A DNA stretch of 59,652 nucleotides, filler included. It is 4 parts of 4 records of this genome, joined end to end, with 100 filler letters (N's around TTAATTAATTAA, not from the genome) between each part and the next. Parts side by side here need not be neighbours in the genome. Positions count along the whole stretch, not along the records: positions 1 to 23,488 come from SRR31147125_5216; positions 23,589 to 32,319 come from SRR31147125_5280; 2 more parts are not named here. One strand, 5' to 3'. Of the stretch, positions 20,469-31,448 are shown one piece after another. A model generated the notes under the pieces. The model saw only the letters and a list, made by a program, of their open reading frames with translations. It made no database searches and was not told where the DNA came from. The position numbers were made by a program, and so were the translations under genes. The stretch's first letter is position 1, and the number at the start of each line of letters is the position of its first letter.

Positions 20469-21138
20469 TTTGTTCACCTAATAAATATCCAATCCCACGT
20501 ATGGTTTTTATATAAAATGGTGCATTTAAAGTTTTTAAATGTGTTCTAAGATTTGAAATATAAACCCAAATGACATTATTTTCGATATCTGTTTCCCATC
20601 CCCAAATATGTTCAATAAATTGCGTCATCGTAACAACTTCCTTTGGATATTCAATAAGCATTTCCATTATTTGATATTCTTTTCTATTTAATCTTATTTT
20701 TTGATTGTTATAAACAAGTTCATACGTCTTATCATCTAATATAAGATTTTTATAAGTAAATGTATTTGTCTTAAAGACTTCACGTCTTCTAAGCATCGCT
20801 CTAACTCTTGCTAATAATTCATTGATATCAAATGGTTTTGCTAAATAATCATCAGCACCAAAATCAAGACCATCAATCTTGTCAGAAACTGATGATTTTG
20901 CAGTAAGCATTAATATAGGGATTTTACGTTGTTCAGCACGTATTTCTTTTAAGACATCAAATCCATTTTTACCTGGCAACATCACGTCTAAAATCATCCC
21001 ATCATAATTATCAGATAAACCATAATTGATTGCCTCTAATCCATTATGTAATACATCTACAGCATAATGATTTCTCTCAAGTATGGCTTTGAGTGCTTTT
21101 GCTAAGTCTTCGTTATCTTCAACAACAAGTAATCTCAT
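20461..21138 (-). CDS. OmpR/PhoB-family response regulator
   Basis: MRLLVVED, ILDVMLP, MLTAK, GADDYLAKPF, winged helix VIWVYISNLR...KTIRGIGY; ATG 21138 behind GAGGTG. Confidence 0.95.
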   Translation of the reverse strand: MRLLVVEDNEDLAKALKAILERNHYAVDVLHNGLEAINYGLSDNYDGMILDVMLPGKNGFDVLKEIRAEQRKIPILMLTAKSSVSDKIDGLDFGADDYLAKPFDINELLARVRAMLRRREVFKTNTFTYKNLILDDKTYELVYNNQKIRLNRKEYQIMEMLIEYPKEVVTMTQFIEHIWGWETDIENNVIWVYISNLRTHLKTLNAPFYIKTIRGIGYLLGEQND

Positions 21139-21208
21139 GTCGATCACCTCATTTTTTATCATTATAACACACTTAAAGACACATATGTAAATATCTATAT
21201 CTATCACA

Positions 21209-21973
21209 TTATGAAATGATGATAAGTATCAAATGTGTGATAGTCAGTAGTAACCATGCCAAATAATGCAAATCAAAACTAAAATGATCAATACGGTTAG
21301 ATGCCTGATCGAACACCTTTAAAAACACTTCAAGTCTTAGTAAAAATATAGTGAGATAAATTATAAAATTTACAACAACATAACTCGCTAAATAAATGAG
21401 GTATAAATCAATTTGATCTGTTTTGGGACAAAACATCACATATAATATATGACCTGCCACATAGATTAAAAAATAGTATAAAATCTTTTTATAATGTTTA
21501 GTCAATAGATCTTGATAGACTGCCCTTTGATAAAATAAATTAAAGTCTTCTTTATGCTGAATGATTGATGATCTATCTTTAATGTGGTGACTTAATTCAA
21601 GTAATAATTGTGATAAATGGTCAATCATATAAGTTAGTTCAACATGCTGACCATTCACATCAGTTATTTTAATATGTTTAACACATGTTTTATGATATTT
21701 AATGTCAATGGATTCCATCTCTTTGAATCTCATGTTTAATGTATATGTTTTTGTCATCACACGAAGTTCATCATGATCAACAATAAAAACAACACGTTCT
21801 AAATTGCCTAAATATATCACTGCAGGTATACATAAAAAGCTTAAAAAAAGATATATATAAGCTTTGCTGTCTTCACCAACATACATCATAAATAATGCTA
21901 TTAATAAGACAAAACTAAATATAAACATGTATTGATATATTTTAATCATAGATTTATAACGATATGACTTCAT
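21209..21973 (-). CDS. Hypothetical membrane protein
   Basis: 254-aa ORF with GGGGA RBS and ~5 hydrophobic segments; no motif recognised. Confidence 0.65.
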   Translation of the reverse strand: MKSYRYKSMIKIYQYMFIFSFVLLIALFMMYVGEDSKAYIYLFLSFLCIPAVIYLGNLERVVFIVDHDELRVMTKTYTLNMRFKEMESIDIKYHKTCVKHIKITDVNGQHVELTYMIDHLSQLLLELSHHIKDRSSIIQHKEDFNLFYQRAVYQDLLTKHYKKILYYFLIYVAGHILYVMFCPKTDQIDLYLIYLASYVVVNFIIYLTIFLLRLEVFLKVFDQASNRIDHFSFDLHYLAWLLLTITHLILIIIS

Positions 21974-22127
21974 AAAATCCCCCAGTTGTTCTTTGGCGTT
22001 TATATTATATCACTTTTTATTTTTATTCCAAATAACTTCTTATTTTAATAAAATAACTAAGTTGTATTTACTTTTTACCAAATAAAGTATAAAATATAAG
22101 TAATAAATGATATGGGAGGTAGATATC

Positions 22128-22298
22128 ATGCCAAGACGTATAACTGACGTATGTATTGCATGTGGCGCATGCGAACCAGAATGCCCTGTTGAATGTATCT
22201 CAGAAGGCGATCCTATTTTCGTAATTGATGAAGATATCTGCATCGATTGTGGAGCTTGCCAAGACGTGTGTCCAACAGACGCTATTATCGAAGTTTAA
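22128..22298 (+). CDS. 2x[4Fe-4S] clostridial-type ferredoxin
   Basis: CIACGACEPECP and CIDCGACQDVCP; GGGAGG RBS. Confidence 0.95.
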   Translation: MPRRITDVCIACGACEPECPVECISEGDPIFVIDEDICIDCGACQDVCPTDAIIEV

Positions 22299-22322
22299 AA
22301 TTTAAATGCTTAAAAAGGCGAG

Positions 22323-22352
22323 AAAAAGATTGCAATTTTGCAGTCTTTTTTT
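22323..22352 (+). terminator. Terminator after ferredoxin
   Basis: AAAAAGATTGCAA-TT-TTGCAGTCTTTTT hairpin with T-tract. Confidence 0.75.
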
Positions 22353-22412
22353 CGTATTATTTACTATATCTCTAGACCCAAAATGTTATACTATATATAG
22401 AGGACAAAACTT

Positions 22413-22994
22413 ATGCAACAACTTTTTGATTGGATTACACAAATGAATTTATCATTCATAGAAATATCAGCAGTTATATTGATTCTTGGTATCATTCATC
22501 CTATTATCAGTCAGCCTATGCATACATTAAGTGTGACACTGACTATTTACTATTTTGGTCCGATACAAGGTATCATTTTATTGTTTATGGCAAATTTGAT
22601 AGGCATTATACTCTACTATTTTATTGTTAATGGCCTTAACAATAAAATTTATTTAGAAACTCATCCTAAATTAAAGCCTGCATTCAATTGGCTTTCTAGA
22701 ACACGGGGTTATAAACATAGTATTGCAGTTGGATTACCCCTTGTCCCAACATATTTTATTAAACTTGCACTGCCTATATCCGATAAAAGATTCATTGACT
22801 ATTTCTTTATTATGACTGGATCATATATCATTTTATTTAGTTTTAATATAAGCTTTTACTATGGCATTCTTGTGATATTTTTTACAGGTAAACTTACCAT
22901 TGTCACTTTTATTGTATTTGTCGTATTTATTATATTTTTATATACGATAAATATCGTAAGATCAAAATGGATGCAACATCAAATTAAATCATAA
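22413..22994 (+). CDS. VTT/DedA (TVP38)-like membrane protein
   Basis: P...FGPIQGIILL..NLIG...YY and LPLVP patterns; hydrophobic throughout. Confidence 0.6.
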   Translation: MQQLFDWITQMNLSFIEISAVILILGIIHPIISQPMHTLSVTLTIYYFGPIQGIILLFMANLIGIILYYFIVNGLNNKIYLETHPKLKPAFNWLSRTRGYKHSIAVGLPLVPTYFIKLALPISDKRFIDYFFIMTGSYIILFSFNISFYYGILVIFFTGKLTIVTFIVFVVFIIFLYTINIVRSKWMQHQIKS

Positions 22995-23040
22995 AAAAGC
23001 CACAATTTAAGGAACTAATTCCTCAAATTGTGGCTTTTTT
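22993..23040. terminator. Bidirectional terminator
   Basis: AAAAAAGCCACAATTT-aAGGAA...TTCCTc-AAATTGTGGCTTTTTT between convergent genes. Confidence 0.9.
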
Positions 23041-23488
23041 CTATTCCCATTCAATCGTTCCTGGAGGTTTTGATGTGATATCATAGACAACACGATTAAT
23101 CCCTCTTACCTTATTGATTATTTCTGATGCACATGCATCAAGAAAATCAAAAGGTAATCTTGAAAATACTGCAGTCATAAAATCAATGGTATCAACAGAA
23201 CGAATTGCACAAATGTATTCATATGTTCTTTGGTCCCCCATGACACCTACTGTTTTTACTGGAAGTAATGTTACAAATGCTTGTGAGACCATATCATAAA
23301 ATCCTTCTTTAATAAGCATTGAAATAAAGATATCATCAGCTTCTTGTAAAATTTTAACTTTATCTGGTGTTACTTCACCTAAAACTCTAATTCCTAATCC
23401 TGGCCCTGGGAAAGGATGTCTATAAACTAAAGTTTTTGATAGGCCAAGTTTTATTCCAACTTCTCTGACTTCATCTTTAAATAACTCT
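23041..23488 (-). CDS. guaA: GMP synthase, C-terminal part (5' end lost at the contig break)
   Basis: [11 protein letters not shown]...[12 protein letters not shown]...[10 protein letters not shown]...[17 protein letters not shown]. Confidence 0.97.
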
Positions 23489-23588
23489 NNNNNNNNNNNN
23501 NNNNNNNNNNNNNNNNNNNNNNNNNNNNNNNNTTAATTAATTAANNNNNNNNNNNNNNNNNNNNNNNNNNNNNNNNNNNNNNNNNNNN
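23489..23588. other. Artificial contig linker
   Basis: 44 N + TTAATTAATTAA (stops in all six frames) + 44 N. Confidence 0.99.
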
Positions 23589-24549
23589 CTATCTTGTTAT
23601 GAGATTCAGCCTTTCTTCTACTGATGATAATCTGACAATCCAATCAGCAAATATGATTCTTCGTCAAAAATATCATTATGGTGAAGACAGTAATTTTGAT
23701 GTAAATATCTATCCGCTGACTGCCGAGTGGGATGAAGAAGAGGTTGTATGGGCTGATATCGAAAACAGTTATGATCCGGCAAATCCTGTGGGATCCTTTA
23801 ATATTAACTCTGCAGACTCTACAATAAGTGGTATTGATTTACCTGCCGACCTGGTAAACACATGGTTGGACGATGCAACGAATTATGGCATTTTACTAAA
23901 GTCTGAAAATGCATCTTTTTTAAGTGAACTTAATTCCTCAGATGGTATATACACGCCAGCACAGCTTGCCGTTGTCGTTAATGATGGTGAAGGTAATGTT
24001 GATAATGATACAGTTTTTGTCTGGCAGGATGCCAGTCTCATACAATATCAGAGTGGTGTAGAAGAGAACACACTTTTTTTCGGAGATGAATTAAGAGTAG
24101 GAAATACTTCTGGTTTTAAAAGTCTGCTAAGATTTGATTTATCCGATATTCCTGAGGCAGCCAATGTGAACCAGGCACAAATAACTTTTTATGCCGATAC
24201 GCTCAAAAGTGAAACAACCAGAGAGGACATTTCAATGACTTCTGTGGCAGTCTCGGAGGATGATTCCATATGGGTGCCAGCCACCATCGAATTTGATGAA
24301 ACGGCCTGGTCAAATATTGCCATGAATAGCAGTCAGGAAACACTAAAATTCACAATATCGGTAGTTGTACAAAAGTGGTTGCTGGGACAAAAAAATAACG
24401 GAATTATTTTGAGAAGTTCTGACCTTAGTGTCGGCGCTACAGTAGCTGAAATATTTTTTCACTCTGGTACACAGGATTCGACTCTGGCACCACAACTCAG
24501 GATTACTTATTCTGTACCTCCTGAGAATAAATTTGAAACTGCACAATAG
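23589..24549 (+). CDS. Secreted/surface protein with two DNRLRE-like beta-sandwich repeats (5' truncated)
   Basis: Repeated pattern LxRFxL...A.l...W...v..W....NxGIxLxS...P.L; strongly acidic. Confidence 0.6.
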
Positions 24550-24585
24550 GCTAACAGGTTTTGCTTAACATAAGAGAGTCTTTTA

Positions 24586-25799
24586 ATGAACAAACGAATT
24601 AAAGTATTGAATATTTATATATTAGTGATAGTCGCCATTTTATTGCCTTCAAAATATTCACTGGCAGATTCTTACTATTCTTCAATTGGACTCGGCCTTC
24701 CTACATACTTTGTCTCAACCAAGGCGGCAGGTATGGGTGGTGCAGGTATAGGCGTTTATGATATGTTGGTACTAAATGCTGCTAATCCGGCTGCCACACA
24801 TATACAGGGCGTTACCACGATATCTCTCAGTTTTCAATATGAATCTGTCAAAAGTGAAAATGATATTTCCAGTGTTAACACTCGAAATGGAGACCCGATC
24901 GGTTTTCAATTTGCTTTTCCGGTAAAGAAAAGTTTGAATTTTATGGTAGCCCTTAGACCGATTATTAGCTCACGATATTATTATGAAAAAATGGTACAGA
25001 ACGACGACATTGAGTACAGCCGAACCGTCGAAGGCTCCGGTGGTCTGAATTCCATGCAATTAGGTGCGAATTTTACTTTGAATTCATGGCTTCGTTTAGG
25101 TGGTTCTATGCATTTTAATTTTGGTTCCTATGATGAAATGTGGGATACTGAAATTTTTATCGATGAATATCGCGAAACTGAAGATAAACTGACCAGCAAT
25201 CTGAACGGAGTTGGATTTGAGCTGGGTAGTTTATTTCTGTTGACAAAAGATCTTACGATAGGTGTGGTTTATAATACATCAAGTAAACTGGACGGGGAGT
25301 ACAAAGTCGAGTCAAATAATTCTTATGTATCAGAACCCACCAGTCTTTCAATAAAATATCCTCAGGCTCTGGGAATCGGGTTCTCTTATACCAAATCACG
25401 AATGCTGGTTGCATTAGATTATTATTCTCAATTCTGGAGCCAATATGAAGTGAATGATAATAAGGATGAGAGCTACAATAATTTATGGAGATTAGGCGGC
25501 GGATTAGAATATACAGGTTCTAAAAAATAAACGCGAGTTATGGCAACAGAATGTCCTGGCGTGTTGGTGCCTATTATTCCCAATTGCCTTATACGGACAA
25601 TGGCACCTCAGATATTACTGAAAAATTTCTTACCGTTGGTGTAAGCCTGCCATTTGTTAAAAATATTGGGCGAGTCGATCTCGCGCTTGAGGTTGGTCAG
25701 AGGGGTAACCTGTCAGATAACCTTTACAAAGAAACTATTGTCAGATTTAGAAGCACAATTACAGGTTCAGAAAGATGGTTTACAAATCGCATCAATTAA
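24586..25799 (+). CDS. Outer-membrane beta-barrel protein (FadL/PorV-like), split by a probable 1-bp error at A6 25522-25527
   Basis: Signal peptide, GMGGAG...NPAA N-terminal motif, amphipathic strands, C-terminal ERWF. Adding one A joins ORFs 24586-25530 and 25551-25799 (SKKINASYGNRMSWR). Confidence 0.8.
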
Positions 25800-26012
25800 A
25801 AATAAAAAATCACTTGATTTTTTTGTAATATATGGTTAAAATTAACGTCATGTTATTGGTTTTATGCAACTTTCCTGTTTCCTGCCTGGTCGTCCCCTGC
25901 ATTATGCAGTTCTCAAATAAAAACACTTTTTTATTATTGCAGGATTCATGTCATAATTCTATAGCGAATGAAAAAAAATATTACATGAGAAAAACCTTAA
26001 GGAGGATTTAAC

Positions 26013-27292
26013 GTGCTCATAGAAAAATCATCAAAAGTCATTTTAGGCGTATTGCTGGCCGTGTTTGCTCTTGGAGCGTCTGTGTCAGCATTGTTTCTCG
26101 GATGTGCGACAACTGGAGTCCCACAGGAAGAAACCATTAGCCCTGAAAGACAAAAAGCGATTAATGATTCTCTCACCAAGATCTATGAATTCGAATTGAA
26201 TAAAGCATGGTCTCTTGGTTATGAAAATTATAAAGGTAATATGTACAAAGATGCCTTACCACACTTTTGGAAGGTTGTCGAGCTGGATACAATTAAAAAA
26301 TTTACCTCCCTGTATCGTTATCTGGGCGACAGCTATATAAAGCTTGACAAACCGGATAGTGCCGAAGTTGTTTATAAAATGGGAGCTGAAAAATATCCGG
26401 ATAATTCTTTTTATCACAGATCATTGGGTTGGCTCTTGACTGGAAAAGAGAAAATGCAGCGGCCATTGAAGAATACAAAAAAGCCATTGAACTGGAAGAG
26501 GAACCAAAAGCAGATGATTATCGTTCCCTTGGCAATCTCCTTGTTCAGGAAGATATGGTTGACGATGCTATCCCTGTTTATGAAAAATTAGTAGCGCTGG
26601 AGCCCAGCAATGCCGAAGCTCAGGGAGTGCTGGCTCAGTTAATCCGGTCTACCGGTGATATGGATGCCTATCTTGATGCACAGGAAAAAACATTGACAAA
26701 TGATCCTGAGAATACAAGATTAATGTTTAGTTTAGGCGAATCCTATTTTAAACGTGGCGAGTTCAATAAAGCCATCGAAAAATTTAACATGCTGCTCAGC
26801 CGTTCACCTGAAGATACCTATGCATTGGAATTTTTGGGTAGTTCACAGCAGAACCTGGGACAATTCCGTGATGCCATTGGTACTTATGAGAAGATTTTAG
26901 CTCTTCAGCCTGATAACAAAAAGATTTATTGTGAAATGGCAACCTGTTATAAAGAACTTAAAAACCTTACTAAATCCCGTAGTCTGGTCAGAAAAGCCAT
27001 GAATATCGATCCCGTTTATGGTTTGGCACATATCGTCCTGGGTGAAATCTACGAAGTGACTGTTGACGAATGTATCAACAAACGAGCCAAGAAAAAGGTC
27101 CTATTTGATGACAAACTGGTTTATGAATTAGCCTATAAAGAGTATGCAAAAGCAGCAAAAGATATTCAGTTTGCTGATCTGGCTAGAAAGAAAATGAATT
27201 ATATCCAACAAGACATTCCTACGAATGAAGATCGTTTTATGCATCCTGATCAAAAACAAGCACGTTTAGATTGCTACAAATGGCTTTACTAA
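26013..27292 (+). CDS. Tetratricopeptide-repeat lipoprotein, split by a probable 1-bp error at A4 26444-26447
   Basis: Lipobox FLGC, AAGGAGG RBS, many TPR units (LG..Y...A...Y.KA.EL.P) continuing across the two ORFs. Confidence 0.85.
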
Positions 27293-27340
27293 ATAAGAAT
27301 GACAGGCTGTATTAAAAGGTTTTTTTAATAATTGCATATT

Positions 27341-27378
27341 GACGAACCATAAGGAGTTCAATCGCTTATGGTTCGTTT
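27341..27378 (+). terminator. Hairpin after the TPR gene (probable terminator)
   Basis: GACGAACCATAAG...CTTATGGTTCGTT inverted repeat; short T tail. Confidence 0.55.
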
Positions 27379-27483
27379 ATATGAATATATGATTATTTTT
27401 TGTAGGACTTTTGCTACAGCATCATTTGTAGTAATCTGAATATTTGTAGATATTTTATTAAAAAGGCAGTACGATTTATTATT

Positions 27484-27924
27484 ATGTCAATTGCAATTGG
27501 ATCTGACCACGCTGGATTTGAGCTGAAAGAGTTCGTTAAAAATTTTCTTGAGAATCAGGATATTGAGGTTTGTGATTATGGTGTCTTGCAAAATGAGCAA
27601 GTTGACTATCCTGATTACGCTATCAAGGTCGCTGATGCTGTTGCAACCGGAACCCATGAACTTGGAATAATCGTTTGCGGCAGTGGTATTGGTGTTTCCA
27701 TTACAGCAAATAAGAGAAAAGGCATCCGCGCGGCATTATGCGGCACGGAGTACATGGCCGAAATGGCACGAATGCATAACGATGCGAATGTGTTAGCGCT
27801 CGGTGGGCGTACAACAACACCGGCAATTGCCGAGAGAATCGTCAATACCTTCCTGAATACTCAATTTGAGGGAGGACGGCATTTAAAGCGAGTGGAAAAG
27901 ATCCATAATATAACAAATTTATAG
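27484..27924 (+). CDS. rpiB: Ribose-5-phosphate isomerase B
   Basis: IGSDHAG, DYPD, CGSGIG, ANK, HNDANVL, FEGGRH..R. Confidence 0.97.
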   Translation: MSIAIGSDHAGFELKEFVKNFLENQDIEVCDYGVLQNEQVDYPDYAIKVADAVATGTHELGIIVCGSGIGVSITANKRKGIRAALCGTEYMAEMARMHNDANVLALGGRTTTPAIAERIVNTFLNTQFEGGRHLKRVEKIHNITNL

Positions 27925-27950
27925 CAGCTTTTCAGGCAATGGAATATACT

Positions 27951-29243
27951 ATGTCAACTTTGAAAAACATCGATCCGGATGTCTTTTCTGCTATCAATAA
28001 AGAGCAGGAAAGACAAAACACGAAACTAGAGTTAATTGCGTCGGAAAATTTTGTCAGTACAGCTGTACTTGAAGCAATGGGTCAGGTAATGACAAACAAA
28101 TACGCTGAAGGATACCCGGCCAAACGATATTATGGTGGTTGTGAATATGTGGATGTAGTAGAAGACCTGGCTCGTGATCGTGCCAAACTTCTCTTCAAGG
28201 CAGATTATGCCAATGTCCAACCTCATTCGGGTTCGCAGGCAAATATGGCTGCGTATTTCAGTTTCCTGAATTTTGGAGATAAAGTTATGGGAATGGACCT
28301 TGCTCATGGTGGGCACCTCACACATGGCAGTCCCGTTAACTTTAGCGGTCGATTCTTTGATATGGTTCATTATGGTGTCGAGAAAACCGGCTATATCGAT
28401 ATGAATAGTGTTGAGGACATTGCTTTACGTGAAAAACCAAAACTTATTATTACAGGTGCCAGTGCCTACTGCAGAGAAATTGACTTTAAAGCATTTAGAG
28501 AAATTGCAGATAAAATTAATGCCAAACTCATGGCAGATATCGCGCATCCAGCAGGATTAATTGCTGCCGGTTTGATCCAGAGCCCCATTCCTTATTGTCA
28601 TGTGGTAACTACTACAACTCATAAAACGTTGCGTGGCCCACGGGGAGGTATGATCCTGGTTGGGCAGGATGGTGAAAATGATATGGGTGTGACGGCGGCA
28701 AAAGGGCGTGTTAAAAAAGTATCTGAGATCATTAATTCAAATGTATTTCCCGGTTTCCAGGGTGGCCCACTGATGCATGTTATTGCGGCAAAAGCTGTAG
28801 CATTTCAGGAGGCCTTGCAATCCGATTTTGTTGAATATCAAAAACAGGTTATCAGGAATGCAAAAACATTAGCCCAGAGTTTGATAGATCTGGGTTATGA
28901 TATTGTTACCGGTGGAACAGATACACATGTCATGCTGCTTGATTTAAAAAATCGAGGCTTGACCGGAAAGGATTCTGAACGCGCACTTGAAGCTGGTGGA
29001 ATTACGGTTAACAAAAACATGGTTCCATTTGACACACAGAGTCCTTTTGTTACCAGTGGTATTCGCCTTGGCACTCCTGCTCTTACGACCAGGGGAATGA
29101 AAGAAGATGAGATGCGTTTTATTGCTCACCTGATTGACAGAATATTACGTGATCTTGATAACGATGTTGAGCGGGAAAAAGTTAATAACGAGGTAGCTGC
29201 TCTTTGTGAGCGTTTTCCTTTGTATAACAGCAATATGAATTAA
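27951..29243 (+). CDS. glyA: Serine hydroxymethyltransferase
   Basis: [55 protein letters not shown]. Confidence 0.99.
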   Translation: MSTLKNIDPDVFSAINKEQERQNTKLELIASENFVSTAVLEAMGQVMTNKYAEGYPAKRYYGGCEYVDVVEDLARDRAKLLFKADYANVQPHSGSQANMAAYFSFLNFGDKVMGMDLAHGGHLTHGSPVNFSGRFFDMVHYGVEKTGYIDMNSVEDIALREKPKLIITGASAYCREIDFKAFREIADKINAKLMADIAHPAGLIAAGLIQSPIPYCHVVTTTTHKTLRGPRGGMILVGQDGENDMGVTAAKGRVKKVSEIINSNVFPGFQGGPLMHVIAAKAVAFQEALQSDFVEYQKQVIRNAKTLAQSLIDLGYDIVTGGTDTHVMLLDLKNRGLTGKDSERALEAGGITVNKNMVPFDTQSPFVTSGIRLGTPALTTRGMKEDEMRFIAHLIDRILRDLDNDVEREKVNNEVAALCERFPLYNSNMN

Positions 29244-29339
29244 TATCAGCACATCTCCAAACAGCTCAACCATCACGCGGTCGAAGAATATAATAAATTA
29301 ATCAACATGTTGATAATTCTGTGTAGTTAGCTTTTGCCT

Positions 29340-29786
29340 ATGAGATGTCCATTCTGTAATTATCATGACACTAAAGTGATCGACTCTCGTACAAGAGACG
29401 GTGGGCGGTCTATACGACGCCGACGGGAATGCTTAAAATGCCGTCGTCGGTTTACCACACGAGAGACAGTCGACGATATACCCCTCTGGGTTGTTAAGCA
29501 GGATGGGGGTAGACAGGAATTTCAACGTAAAAAAATGATTCAAGCCATGCAAGTGGCGTGCGCAAAACGCCCCATTTCCATGACGACCATAGAACAATTT
29601 GCAACAAAGATGGAATTTGAGTTTCGAGATCAGGGAGTGGAAGAGGTCGATTCGAATCTCATTGGTGAAAAAATAATGGAGTTTTTAAAAGAACTCGATG
29701 ATATCGCTTATGTGAGATTTGCTTCGGTTTATCGAAATTTCCAGGTAAAGGAGGAATTCCTTAGCGAATTGAAACAACTAAAATAA
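29340..29786 (+). CDS. nrdR: Transcriptional repressor NrdR
   Basis: MRCPFC...VIDSR...IRRRRECLKC..RFTT zinc ribbon, ATP cone, AYVRFASVY. Confidence 0.97.
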   Translation: MRCPFCNYHDTKVIDSRTRDGGRSIRRRRECLKCRRRFTTRETVDDIPLWVVKQDGGRQEFQRKKMIQAMQVACAKRPISMTTIEQFATKMEFEFRDQGVEEVDSNLIGEKIMEFLKELDDIAYVRFASVYRNFQVKEEFLSELKQLK

Positions 29787-29991
29787 TTGCTCTTTAAATA
29801 ATCATCCTGCGCTTTGTAGAGCCACAATACAATAAAGAGCAATGGAAAATTTAGTTTGTGATACCTCTTAAATTCGAAAGCCAGATTTTGCATAGGTTTT
29901 TCCTGTGCGAGCATTCTCCCTTTACAAAAAACCTTCTTTGTTCTATCCTTGTAACTTCATGATTATAATACAGATATAATTTGGAGAGAAA

Positions 29992-31326
29992 TTGAGTATT
30001 TTTAAGAATCGTTCGTTTTCAGGCGGTATTCATCCCCCGGAAAACAAATTAACTGCTAAAAATGGTATTCAGGAAATACCATTACCCGAACAGGTTGTCA
30101 TTCCTGTGCAACAACATATCGGTGCTCCTTCCGAACCTATTGTCGAAAAAGGTGCGGAGGTTAAAGTCGGTGATCCGATTAGTGAGAGTAAAGGATTCGT
30201 ATCTGTACCCTCTCATGCCTCCATTTCCGGAACTGTCAAAGCGGTTGAACCACGACCACATCCATTAGGACCTAATGTGCTGTCTGTGGTTATTGAAAGT
30301 AATGGCCAGGATGATTGGAATACCGATATCTCATATCAGGAAGATTACCTTGATTTGGACGCTGATGAATTGCGGCAGAGAATAAAGAATGCCGGAATCG
30401 CTGGAATGGGAGGTGCTACATTTCCTACCCATGTTAAACTATCACCACCACTTGACAAACCCATCGATACAGTCTTGTTGAACGGTGTTGAATGTGAACC
30501 TTATCTGACCTCAGACCATAGACTGATGCTGGAAAAGCCCAAAGAGATTTTGCTGGGCATGCAACTCATTTTAAAACTTTTAGGTGCAAAACGTGGCGCT
30601 ATAGGCATTGAAAAAAACAAACCTGATGCAATAAGCTGCCTTAAAAAGATGTGTGCTGAACTGAATTTACCTTTTGAGGTTGTTGGATTACATGTGAAAT
30701 ATCCTCAAGGTGCTGAAAAGCAACTCATCAACGCGGTCACAGGTCGTGCCGTGCCAGCGGGTGGATTACCTATGGATGTTGGATGCGTTGTTCAAAATGT
30801 AGGGACTGCAGCATCCGTTTATCAGGCTGTTGCCTTTAAAAGACCGATCGTTGACCGGGTTGTTACAATTACGGGAAAAGGCATTGCGGAACCCAAGAAT
30901 TTACTTGTTCGTATTGGTACTCCTTATTCTGTTCTTTTTGATTTTTGTGGTGGTTTGTCGGAAAAAGCCGGCAAAATCATCATGGGTGGTCCTATGATGG
31001 GGCTTGCTCAGTCTTCGATCGATGTGCCTGTGATCAAAGGAACATCCGGACTTTTAATTCTTGATGAGAAAGAGAGTAAAAAACATAAAGAAGGCGTTTG
31101 TATTTCCTGTGCCTGTTGTGTGGATGCCTGCCCCATGGGTTTGATCCCAAAAATGTTGGGGACATTTGTCAAACATGGTCGCATTGATGATGCCCAGGCT
31201 TATAATGCCCTCGACTGCATAGAGTGTGGATCCTGTGCTTTTGTGTGCCCATCACATATAAATCTTGTCCAGTTGATAAGATATGGCAAATCCGAAATTA
31301 TAAAAAAGAAAAAGAAAGCAAGTTGA
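29992..31326 (+). CDS. rnfC: Rnf electron transport complex subunit C
   Basis: GGIHP, QQHIGAP, GMGGATFPTHVK, NGVECEPYLTSD, KYPQGAEK, GGPMMG, two CxxCxxCxxxCP motifs. Confidence 0.96.
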   Translation: MSIFKNRSFSGGIHPPENKLTAKNGIQEIPLPEQVVIPVQQHIGAPSEPIVEKGAEVKVGDPISESKGFVSVPSHASISGTVKAVEPRPHPLGPNVLSVVIESNGQDDWNTDISYQEDYLDLDADELRQRIKNAGIAGMGGATFPTHVKLSPPLDKPIDTVLLNGVECEPYLTSDHRLMLEKPKEILLGMQLILKLLGAKRGAIGIEKNKPDAISCLKKMCAELNLPFEVVGLHVKYPQGAEKQLINAVTGRAVPAGGLPMDVGCVVQNVGTAASVYQAVAFKRPIVDRVVTITGKGIAEPKNLLVRIGTPYSVLFDFCGGLSEKAGKIIMGGPMMGLAQSSIDVPVIKGTSGLLILDEKESKKHKEGVCISCACCVDACPMGLIPKMLGTFVKHGRIDDAQAYNALDCIECGSCAFVCPSHINLVQLIRYGKSEIIKKKKKAS

Positions 31327-31448
31327 TATTCAACAGGTTGCTTTATTAAAAAGTATTTTATAATAAAGCAGATTTTGCTTACATGTTAATTAGAATTAAA
31401 AAGTCTCATCTGAAAATTGAACTATGTAAATAATAAGAAGATGAATTG

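Noticed and set aside
1..23488. Mycoplasma genetic code (TGA = Trp) in piece 1
   Set aside because: Conserved genes are full length in the standard code, and TGA ends genes (e.g. 14265-14267, 5337-5339)
23533..23544. TTAATTAATTAA palindrome repeated three times (also in the gaps at 32320-32419 and 38518-38617)
   Set aside because: Identical six-frame-stop spacer centred in N runs; an assembly linker. ORF tails ending in X...LIN are artefacts.
23041..24549. Functional link between guaA and the DNRLRE protein, or between GH92 and the EPS locus
   Set aside because: Separated by artificial linkers, so adjacency is meaningless
25800..26012. Possible riboswitch between the barrel and TPR genes
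   Set aside because: Only short CCTGC/GCAGG complementarity; no recognisable aptamer or terminator
29854..29873. Possible Rex box upstream of rnfC (TTGTGA...)
   Set aside because: Only one half-site; the matching TCACAA is absent
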